DNA from: Eledone cirrhosa
Lineage: Eukaryota
Direction: 5' to 3'
DNA length: 64,000 nt
NCBI GenBank assembly: GCA_964016885.1
Contig: OZ024748.1
Coordinates: forward strand, 9,424,001 to 9,488,000
Shown here: piece by piece, positions 53,375 to 64,000 of the stretch
Numbering within the stretch: the first letter of the stretch is position 1
Layout of the letters: every line of letters starts with the position of its first letter
Made by a program: the position numbers and the translations under genes
Notes under the pieces: model-generated
The model's database searches: none
What the model was told of the DNA's origin: nothing
Seen by the model: the letters and a program-made list of their open reading frames with translations, nothing else

Positions 53375-54354
53375 CAGAAGCTCACATGAGTAAACACAGA
53401 TTTATAAAAAAAAAAAAAGAAAAAAACTTCCAAAGATTTGTGTTGCAGAAAAGAACAATTTATTATCAACATAGCATCGACAATGCAAGCTGTGATAACG
53501 CAGGTGAAGAACCCCACCCCCACCCACGCCCACCCTACGCCCCCAATAAGCTAAGAGGGTTCAGTGAAGCATGCATGGGACATGCAGTGACAAAAAGACA
53601 TGTTTTGTTTGTCAGTGAAACATGTTGAGACCTGTCCATTGCCTGCACTTTGGACCAATCTTGTACAAAAAAAAAAGCTGATTGTTGTGGGTGAAAGAGA
53701 ATGGGAAAAACAAAAACAAAAAAAAAACAACAACAAAAAAGACAAAACAAAAAATATTTGGTTTATGCATGTGCAATGTTTGTATGATATATTTTTAAGG
53801 AGATAATATATTTACTACATAATTTCATATTTATTTTTGGGGAAGGCATGCAGATGTATGAATTCCTATTTAGTAAGATGGCATGAAGGCCCAATCTTAA
53901 GAGATGAGAGCAAAGTAGATAATTGTTTGGTGATAAAGCAAAGAAATATATTTAAAACACTCACAAAAAGAAAGAAAAAAGCAATCCATTCCCTTCCTTC
54001 TTATTTTCAGTTCATAGTTGACTTGTAACAGATGACATTTTTTCAGACACTTCATTTAAAAAATTATTTTCTATTTTTATTACTATTATTATTATTATTA
54101 TTATTATATTATTATTATTATTATTATTATTACTATTATTATTATTATTATTCAGCTGGGCATGTTTCTTTAGTTGTTATGTTCAGAAAAAAAAATGTTT
54201 CCCCTGATTTCAAACTAAATATAATCTTTTACTTCAAAGGAAAATTGATATATTTCTTGCTGATTGTGCATAAATCTACAAATACACACAAACATCTATT
54301 TATGAGTATCGTTATCTATCTCTCTATCTCTCTATCTCTCTATCTCTCTTTCAG

Positions 54355-54387
<33 letters not shown>

Positions 54388-54392
54388 GGATG

Positions 54393-54429
<37 letters not shown>

Positions 54430-54484
54430 ATAAATATATGTATATGGTATGTACATGTGATATAGTATGCAAGAGAGAGGACAG

Positions 54485-54745
54485 AGCTGGTATGTACATG
54501 TAATGAATAAATAGAAAAATGGCTGCAGTTGTGTGAAGAGATAGAAAGCAATCAAGTTAGACAGCACTTGGAAAAGAGGAAAAGCAAGGAAGACATGAGA
54601 AGTGTTGGAAGATGATCTGAGGATGGTGAACCTCATGAAGCTGATAACAGAGGAGGACCACAGCATGTGGCAAGACACTCTGCTACAGAATATCCGTCCA
54701 ACCCATGCTAGCATGGAGAAAACGGATGTGAGGCTGGTGATTATG
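54485..54745 (+). mobile_element. 3' end of a degraded RTE-like LINE
   Basis: Eroded translation ..KRGKARKT*EVLEDDLRMVNL...DHSMW followed by the ccgtccaacccatgctagcatggag tail shared with the (GAT)n SINEs. Confidence 0.6.
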
Positions 54746-54785
54746 TATTTATACGCAAACATGTGTGTGTGTGTATGTATGTATG

Positions 54786-54861
<76 letters not shown>

Positions 54862-54936
54862 TATATATTGAGTTAAAAACTCACAGTTGTCGCCTGTAAT
54901 AAAAATAGCTCCAGGAAAAGTTATTCCGAGCTGTTA

Positions 54937-55085
54937 ATATAATAAAGGGAGAAAAGAACACATATATATACATATATACATATATGTGTTCAAATGACAA
55001 GGGACGTATACCCTGGCGGTATACATCCCTTGTCATTTGAACACATATATGTATATATATATATATATGTGTTCTTTTCTCCCTT

Positions 55086-55093
<8 letters not shown>
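54937..55093. repeat. Near-perfect palindrome: 76-bp arms, 5-nt loop
   Basis: Arms 54937-55012 and 55018-55093 pair with only two mismatches; loop ctggc. Confidence 0.95.
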
Positions 55094-55138
<45 letters not shown>

Positions 55139-55240
55139 AAGTGTGTTTTTATAATTGTATGTGCAAAACCTTAAAGTGTTGAGTATGTAGGTGCAGGGAA
55201 GTGTGTAGAAACTGATGTATATGTATGTGTATATATATAT

Positions 55241-55445
55241 CATCATCATCATCATCATCACTGTTTAATGTCTATTTTCCATGCTTGTATGGGTTTGGCA
55301 AGTTGTCATGCTATGAGACAAGTCTGGTCAGGTGACTATGTCTTGCTCATATGGAAGGTTCTGGCTTGATTTCTACAGCTGGATACCCTTCCTAATGCCA
55401 ACCACCTTACAGTATGGACTGGGTGCTTTTCATCATGGTACCAGT
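55241..55445 (-). mobile_element. SINE with RTE-like tail and (GAT)n end
   Basis: (cat)n-cactgtttaatgtctattttccatgcttgtatgggttt...tttctacagctggatacccttcctaatgccaaccac. Confidence 0.7.
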
Positions 55446-58400
55446 CACTCACTAAGATTCTGGCATGAAACCTTTGTATGGATTTAATGCTGTAGTTGTT
55501 ATATAACACACAGAAGCACACATATGAGAAATATATTTTTATCTCCGTTTTAATTTCTGTTCTAAATCTCGTAATATAGTTAGTTTACCAGATTTTGTTT
55601 CAATCAAAAAATATACTAATGCCTGCTGTGTTTTTTTGTTTTTTGTATTTTGTTTTTTTACCTGACTTAAATACTTAGCAAGTTTATTTTGGTACTGCAA
55701 ATTCTTCCTTTCCTCCTGTATTCTACCAATATGTCACTTCCTAATATGGTGACATATGGTTTAGTGATTATTGAGAACTCTATATCTCAGTTTCAAATTG
55801 ACCAAAACAGTAAGTACAACTAATGCTGTTTTATCATATTGGTAGATTTATAAATTAACATTTTTTTTTTCTACTAATTATTAGTTTGAAACTTAAATAC
55901 ATTTTCTGTCAGAAACATTATTATATTTCCTTTAATTTCTTCAATACTTTTCGATTTTACCATTTATCAAAAGCAATAGAATTTTTTTTAGGTAAACTTT
56001 TCCCTCAGTACATTATGAAGATTTCATCATTGAGCCAAAGAAATATTAAAAGACTTAATTATATATTTTATTTTCTCCTCTACTACTATCAACACCATAC
56101 GATGACTATACTGCAGGGCAATGAAACATTACAGTCTATCTTTTGGTTTTGTACTATTAAATTCCAATGAAACTTTAGTATTTTTAAGTTATAAACTCAG
56201 TTTATTAACTACAAGAAATAATTGGAGAAAAATTATAAAAATACTTTCCTTTCATCCAATTGGTTTTGGGTTGAATTCTATCACAAAATTATATATTTTC
56301 TTCCACAAACCTCTCCATTTTTTCTGCTTTATCTGGACGTGTGTTTTAGTTTCCATATTGTCTGATAACTCTTCTTTATTCAATACTTTTTACTTCAGAT
56401 CTCAAAAAATTGGACAAATCAAATACTCTTATTATTCTCCTACTGTTCATCAAATGCCTTCCATTTAATGTTTACAGTATTTACTTTTCTAAGTTTTTAT
56501 TTATTTCCATTGCAAATTACTTCCTTTCTAAAATATCTAAAACAATAGGATTATAAACACTTTCAACTCTATATTTCTTGTGTGTTTCAGTTACTAGTGG
56601 CATCCTTTCATCTCTCAGACCAAGGAAACTATTGTTTTGTTGGTCTTTCTAACTTTCTATTACTGATACTATTTGCCAGTAATTTATATCCTCAATAAAC
56701 TGAAACAAAAAAACTTGAGGTAAACCTCCCCTCGGTACATTATGAAGATTTCATCATTGAGCCAAACAAATACTAAAACATTTAACTATATATTTCTTTA
56801 CTTAAATAATGTGTTAATATTTAGAGATTTATTGAAAAACAACACTTGAAATCTAATTGTAATTATTTTATGAATAGGCAATATATTTATAGACTGTCGA
56901 CATATTTTAAAAGAAGCTTGGCAACCTTATATTTGAATGTATCTTAAATTTTTTATGATATTTAGTTGCCTTCTGAAATATTGGCTGAAATTCCACTGCC
57001 ATTACAGAATTAATCAAATATTTATGCTAGGGTGAAGACAACAGATTCGATTTAGTTCAGTTGATTTAATTCTTTCTGAAACATTCAACAACACACTTGC
57101 ACTTAAATAAATGTATATTCTATATATACATGTGTGTATATATATATGTATATACACACACACACACACACATACACAAGTAGGCATATGCAAATATTTC
57201 TTTGTTTTTTTTTTTTATTTCTATCCATAACTTAGATGAATCACTGACATTGCAACAGTTAAATGAAACATACACATCTCTATTGAAAATTGCTTTCTAC
57301 AGTTTTAGATTCTATTAATGTTTAATTTGACAGTTCTAATGTTGACAGATTTAATGTTGACAGTTCTAATGTTGACAGACCCAATGTTGACACAATAATT
57401 TGACAGATCTAATGTTGACACTACACAAGATATAATTTCTTTTAAAACCTTCTTAAGTTAGTTTTCCTTTGACAATATTACTGTTATATTCTCCTAGTCA
57501 TTAACTTGGTGACTTTACTGTAGGACTAATGATACAGTGGATTGAGATATAAAGTAACTGCCATTTATATCAGTTTCATTGTAAAAATCAAAAAACCCTC
57601 CTCTTCAGTATTTCTTATTTAACCCTGTGCTTTCTCTATTCTCCTTTCTCCTCAATTAGTTATCCGTCCAATTCTGTCAAATAGGCCTTTGTTATTCTTG
57701 AGACCCCTTCCACAAGATATTCATCGGTAATTAATAAGTAGTCTTTCATTGCTAAAATTTATTTACGGCTCTTCAGGTTTATTTGTTTGGTTGATTGTTT
57801 TTTTTTTATTTTAGCTGCTTTTCTGACTAAGCTGTGTTCTTTGATGATTATGGCATATATATATATTTGTGTGTCTGTATGCCCATATATATATATGTAT
57901 ACGTATATATGAAAAGATTCAGGACCCCGATGGCTGAGCTCCAGCCGTTTCAACATACATATAAACTAAGTTTCAAAAATCATATAATAATCATTCTTCT
58001 ACTAAGTAATTAGATTTATCTTTTTTTCTTCATGGCTTGTGATTATCAGCATTTCCTAGTACCAGCTTTTTGTTTTGTACCTGTTCACTACTAAGCTTAG
58101 TTGTAAGATGATTTCATTGGAATCTGCTTTAAAAAGATACTTTATTAACTCCACCATTTTCTTTCTATTACCTTTCATCAATATTTTCACATGTCTAGAA
58201 AATATGGAAATTAATTATTTTCCTCTGACAAAAAAGAAACCACATGTTATACTGGAAGATAAGTGTTATTCAGTTGAATAAAGAAGAGGACAAACCATCA
58301 GTTCTTTAGATGAACTTGATCATATCTAGTTAATGGTACTATGGTTTCTTATTTGCTGTTTCCATTCTATTTTGCAAGGTCTTCTATCAAGACTGCTGCT

Positions 58401-60932
58401 AATTGATATTAAAAGGAGGTTTATTTTTTAAGGCACAGTCTTGTATCTAGATAAGAGAAAATATTTCAACTTCTACAAAATAAATATTACCTGCCCTTAT
58501 CTTCAATATGATGACAAAGCTTTATTTTCAATTAAACTGTCAAATATCTGCTGATTTGATTTTACTTTTCTTAACTAGACCGTCCATTCTGGCCTCTGGA
58601 GATACGTCCAGTAATCTCTGTCTTGTTTAAATGCCGACATTAACATCAATAGATGTTTCATCTCTTTCTTTCTTATCTTAGGAATTTGGAATTGAAAAGT
58701 ACCTCATAGGTGTGGCTTCAACCCTTTACTAACATTAAGGAAAGTACTCCTATTTATTACACATTTTGTAGCTAATCAATTAATTCATTATTATTATTAT
58801 TTCTGACTTTCCTAAAACAAATAAATGAAATTAAGAACTAATTAATTAACCTCCTCCTCCTCCTCCTCCTCCTCTATCTTTTATATATTCCATCTTACTT
58901 GAGTATTTCTCAGTTATTAATATTTTCTTTCATAAAAAAAATATAATTTTTTTTTTTTTAAATCTTAAAAAAAAAACAGCTAAAGCGAAATCTTGCCGAA
59001 TATTTTTCTTATTTTTGGATTGTCAACCATTTCCTGAGAATTGATACTATTCTTTTGGTTGTTGAATACCTCCTTCCCCATATAATTTGTATTCCACCAA
59101 AATAGAAATCTTTCTCTTAGGCCATGGCTTTCATCAATTCCATTTTTAATCAGATAACCATTTACTTATTTATATTTTGGTTTGCCGTTGAATAATAAGA
59201 TGTTTATATAATGATGGCACAACTGAACATAACTTCTAATTGGTTTCAATGTCATCTCATTTCAACACTTTGCTTTAGTCACCTTCATTATTTACTGTAT
59301 CTATGGCTCTAAAGAATCCCTCCTTAGCTCAAATGTCAACTGAATTTTAAGCAAAGCCTACTTTGGACAAACTATTTACTTAAATCTCCTTGTCTCTATG
59401 TAAAGACCTTTCCAATATCATCATCAAGTTTGTTGTGAAGGTATGAGAGAGTTTTAAATATTTAAAAAATAAAAAAAAAATATTAAAAAAATATATTTCA
59501 TTTTGGCTGCTAATTTGCAGACAATGGAAAAGAAATACTTAGAGGACCGTTCTCATCATAATCATCTTAATATTTCTCATTATAACCATTACACAAAATT
59601 TAACTCATTCCACCATCACACACACATACACTCCACAAAGACTCTCATTGTAAAAATTGACATCATTCAACAATGAAACTTTTCCAAATGTTCATCTCTA
59701 CTTTATCACTATGGCAATATATATAAATATATTCCTGAGATTTGCCAGTTGATCTATCTCATAAAACATTGTGCAAGGTTTGCAGTACTTGCTACCATGC
59801 TACACTAAAATATTTTGTGTTTAGCTTACTGTTTACCACATTAAAAAAGAAAAAAAAATTTAACCAATCTTTCTATTTGTTTTTTTTTTATTATTTTGAT
59901 GAGGTATGGGGGGGGGGGTTAGTTTCAATTTAGTTTAGATTGGTGAGAGTTATTGGGAGAATACCAATTTAGCTTTAGTTTAAATTGGCAAAAGGTGGTG
60001 GTGAGGTCATTTGACTTTAGTTTAAATTCTCATTGAATGCTTTCTTACTGGCTAATATTCCCAAGTTTTTTTCGCCCCTTTTGTTTTTTTTTGTTTTTTT
60101 TCCTGACGATATCATCATTAAAATGTTCTTTATAAGACATTGTCTCAGCTTAAGTATAATGGGCTCTAAACAACAGAGATTTTATTGATTATATTTAGGG
60201 TTTTAATTATGTATTTAAACATTCAAGAGAAATTAAAGCAGAACTATTCTTTTGAAAAAAATCTCTGTTATTTTATTTTATTTATTTTAAATTAGAATTT
60301 GTTATTTATTATTCGAATCATTAAGAGTAAGCCACGTGTAGCAGCAGAAGAAAAGTGTGATCATGTTGTTGTTATCTTCAAGGAAGGACCTGCTTCATAT
60401 CTATTCTTCTCTCTCAACAGAAACATCATATCACTACATAATGTTTTGCAACACATTAAAGTTGACAAATAAAAAAACAAAAAACAATTTCTTTCTATGT
60501 CTGCTAATATCTATATTATATAAAATTCTTCTTTTTTTTTTCATTTCTTTTTTGATTATTTTTCTTAGAATTAACTTGTAAGATTGGTAACTCCTATTTT
60601 TTCATGTCAATCTTTTTCTAACTTCAATTTCCATCACATGTTAATGTAATTCTTGTGACAGTTATGTCAACTCAGCAACTTGAACTGATTGGGAAAAAAA
60701 AAAACAAACAAAACATTAGTGTTGTTCTTTTTAAAGATATTTCAGAGATCAAAGTGAAATATTCTGAATTCATTTTCTACAACAGCAGACTTAGTCACTG
60801 TTGGAACAATCATTACCTACAGGAAAATCTCAGAATCGGAGGGTTTACTCCATCGTATAACAAATTGACAGTCAATTTTGTCTTGTTTTCGTCAATTAAT
60901 CTGTACATAAAACATTTTATATATATACATAT

Positions 60933-61378
60933 AAATGACTCCTACAGGGCTAGAACTGTTTCATTCATATGAAATCATCAGGAGTGCCAGATAAAGTTGG
61001 TCAATTCTGGTTATTTATAGGATCTCAGTTGTTAGTTGAGGGTAGTAATGTTGGGGGTGGGGTCTATCTAATGGTATAGGTACCTAGTTGTTGGGGGTGG
61101 GAAGGAGAGAGGAGGAAAGTCACTTGAGGAGTGGGAGAGGAGAGGAAGAAGGAGAAGCTGAGAAGAATTGTAGTGGTAAATGAGGGGAAGGCAGGGTTTA
61201 TTATCCCTTCTCCCACTCCTCATTAATCAAGTGACCTTTCTCCTTCCCATCTATCAAAACTAGGTACCTATACCATAAGATAGACTGCCCCCATGACCAC
61301 TACACCCAGCTACCAACTTTATCTGAAATTCCTGATGATTTTGTATGAATGAAACAGTTCTAGCTCTAGAAGTCATTT
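60933..61378. repeat. Imperfect fold-back element (arms ~60933-61140 and ~61205-61378), possibly an old MITE
   Basis: Complementary blocks gctagaactgtttcattcata/tatgaatgaaacagttctagc, cagataaagttggt/accaactttatctg, tggtataggtacctagtt/aactaggtacctatacca and gaggagtgggaga/tctcccactcctc. Confidence 0.85.
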
Positions 61379-63713
61379 CTATATATAATAAAAATGCCTA
61401 TACTCTACCAACGTATTGAGTACCTTTTTTAAGTGTGGTTACCCCCGATATATATATATATATATACACATATTCACATGTGTGTGTCTATATATATACA
61501 GATATATGTATGAGTGGGTGGGGTGAGAGAAAGTTGATTGTTATACTTGCTCAAGCTTTAGTTGTTAACAAGTGGAGGTACATCAAAATTGCTTTATCCA
61601 TTCATTGTATCTGACTATTTCCAATTCTGCAGCTGATCTTGCAAAACTCTCTTTTTTTGTTTTGTTTCCTTATTTAATCCTTATTCTTGAGTTCCATACA
61701 ATTCCTCTTCATTCCTTTTTTATTGGTCCCAATTAATCTACAAAATACAAATACTGCATCTCATTTGTGATAACTGCTCTCTGGCAGAAGAACTTATCAA
61801 AGATGTCTATGTTCTCCATAAATATTTGTTTTGTTTCCAAGAAAGAAAACAACTTCTTTTGTTTTCCTTTAATTTATTCTTCAGTTGAATTATTCTCGAC
61901 GTTTTGGTGTGATCACCTCAATAAGTAAAAAGGACAAAGAAACCGTTTTGGCAGGGTTCTTTTACTGAATGTTATCGCTTAAAGTAGTCCTAACATTTCA
62001 AAATATTTTAATATATAAAAACTATAATCAGGTTATTTTCATTTTATAATCCTATTTAACATCATAATATCCAGCAATTTTAAAGGGGTGGAGGTAAGAT
62101 TTTTCTCTCTTAAATTGAGCCCTGTCAACATCTGTGGGGTGGGGTAAGATTCCTCTTAATTTGAACCCTGTTGATATCTAAAATGTGCTATTCTTATTGT
62201 ACCAAACCAGATACACTGATTTACACATTGAATTGGTGAATTAGGGTGTCAAGACTTGAAAATGTCTTCATTTGATTTAATTAGGATACAATTTAATTTA
62301 TTCTATTATTTGGCATATTTATTCATATCTATAATGTTTATCAAGTAAAGTAAGGAGCCTTTTATATTTGCTTAAATCTCTATACTTCCCTATCAATGTG
62401 TTTTAAGAAAACTATGAAAATTTTACTTTAAAATTTAACTATTTATATTATTAAATTAAATCTATTTAAGATTATTATTTATTTTTGTTTTTGCCAATAC
62501 TATTTTCATAATTCTTTCTTTGAGTAATGAATAAAGAGTTCTTGGCTCTTTATTTCAAACTCGTTAAGATTATCAATAGGAAATATAATGATCATCATTG
62601 TATATTCAGACAAACTGCTAGAAATTAAGAACTTCTGACATCACAGCTATGAAATTACAGCAATAGAAGAGTATTTCAAAAGTATGTTACAATTTCTTTC
62701 TTTTTATTCTGCCCACACTGCTGATTCTCCAGGTAGCATGTCAAAATAAGTAAATTACTACTTTGAATATTATCATTTCTCAAAAATATCTTTGTTCAAA
62801 CCAGTGATTTAGAGAATGTTCTAGTCTCAATTTATCGACAACATAAACAGTTTTCAACAATGTCTCTCCTTCCTCTACATATTTCTGTGGTTTGCATCAT
62901 TCCAATAATTGCCCAACATTATCATAAATGCCACAATTACTGTCATTTCATTTTAAAACTTTGAGTTATTGTTTTGTCCACATTACAAAAATTATTTTCT
63001 CTATCTCTATCTCTCTTAATTTATTCTTCTTAATTTATCAAGTTTCCATTATTGTCTCACTAAATATATTTCATTGGTCAATAACCACCAGTGTTAGCTG
63101 TCCACCATCTAGCAGTTGTGGTTATTGTTTTCTCGTTAGTACTCATCTAAAAGTCTACTAATTCTATTTTATCTCAGGAACATTTTTACATACAGAAGAC
63201 TAGTGAAAACATGTGTCACATGTTACAGATAACGCCTCTCATTCTCATATACACCACTTACACAACAGGAGTGCTACTTAGTATAAAGCTAGGACTTATA
63301 AAGCGTTTCACAAATATATTTCTTCTGAAATATTCCATTGGTCCCAACTACTAATTATTCAGCACCAAAGAATATATAAATTGTCTGCTACAGATAGGGT
63401 TGTCTTTGCTCCATAAACTTGAAAAATGAAAATTTAAAAAAGAACAACTGAAAGGTTTACTTTCAAGTATTTAACAATCTATTTTTGAAGCGATACAGAA
63501 AGAATTTTAACATTCCTAATAAGTTTTTTTTCTTCTTTTTTTTTCTTTTTACTTCTTGTTTATTTTTTTTTTGTTTTTGTTTTTTGTTGTTTTTTTTTAT
63601 TTATTTTTTTATTGTGTTCATTACTTGCCTCCTCTGATTACTTGTCCTGCCTGTTTACATTTATTTTTTATTCAAGCTTTCAAAGGATATATATGTAGGT
63701 ATGTATGTGAGTG

Positions 63714-63746
<33 letters not shown>

Positions 63747-64000
63747 ATATATGTGTGTGTATGTGTGTGTGTGTGTAGTTTAATTCATAACTGTGGCAGT
63801 ACCATTTTGCTAATTTAGGTTTTGTTATTATGTATTCATGTCTGTTAAGAAGTTCACAAAGAAAAGTAATAAACCAAACCAAAACTGGGAGTCAGTCTTT
63901 TTCCTTCACTTCATTTCACATCATTTTTTTTTTTTTTCAAATCTTTCAGTGACTTCGTTTATTTTTAATAAATATTCCAATTTTGCAAACTGAATCATTA

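Noticed and set aside
55500-64000. Second gene or defined NAB polyadenylation site
   Set aside because: No credible coding exons found on either strand, and AATAAA is too frequent in this AT-rich DNA to call a site.

Overview
AT-rich, microsatellite-dense eukaryotic DNA. The repeat landscape (tRNA-headed SINEs, (GAT)n-tailed RTE-partner SINEs, Dong/R4-like LINE relics, poly-Asn exon) suggests a cephalopod, probably octopus; this is inference. The window holds the 3' portion of one + strand gene encoding a NAB-family EGR co-repressor (NAB1/NAB2/Drosophila nab homolog). Seven phase-compatible GT-AG exons (3323-3532, 9516-9635, 13994-14127, 37577-37691, 42729-42934, 45575-45639, 52623-53374) splice into one frame of 533 codons plus stop. 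It contains NCD2, a coiled coil and the QETLFDEGLR motif; the N-terminal NCD1 exons appear to lie upstream of the window. Introns carry large minisatellites (12-, 26-, 32-, 50- and 59-bp units). Nearly all ORFs in the supplied track are microsatellite artefacts. I found no clearly new biological system. The best leads are RNA-level: a candidate 51-nt cassette exon, three long fold-back hairpins (one whose only two mismatches are A:C, attractive ADAR sites), inverted SINE pairs around exons, a 4.5-kb array abutting a splice acceptor, and a cluster of EGR-like sites just after the stop codon. All coordinates and alignments were read by eye.
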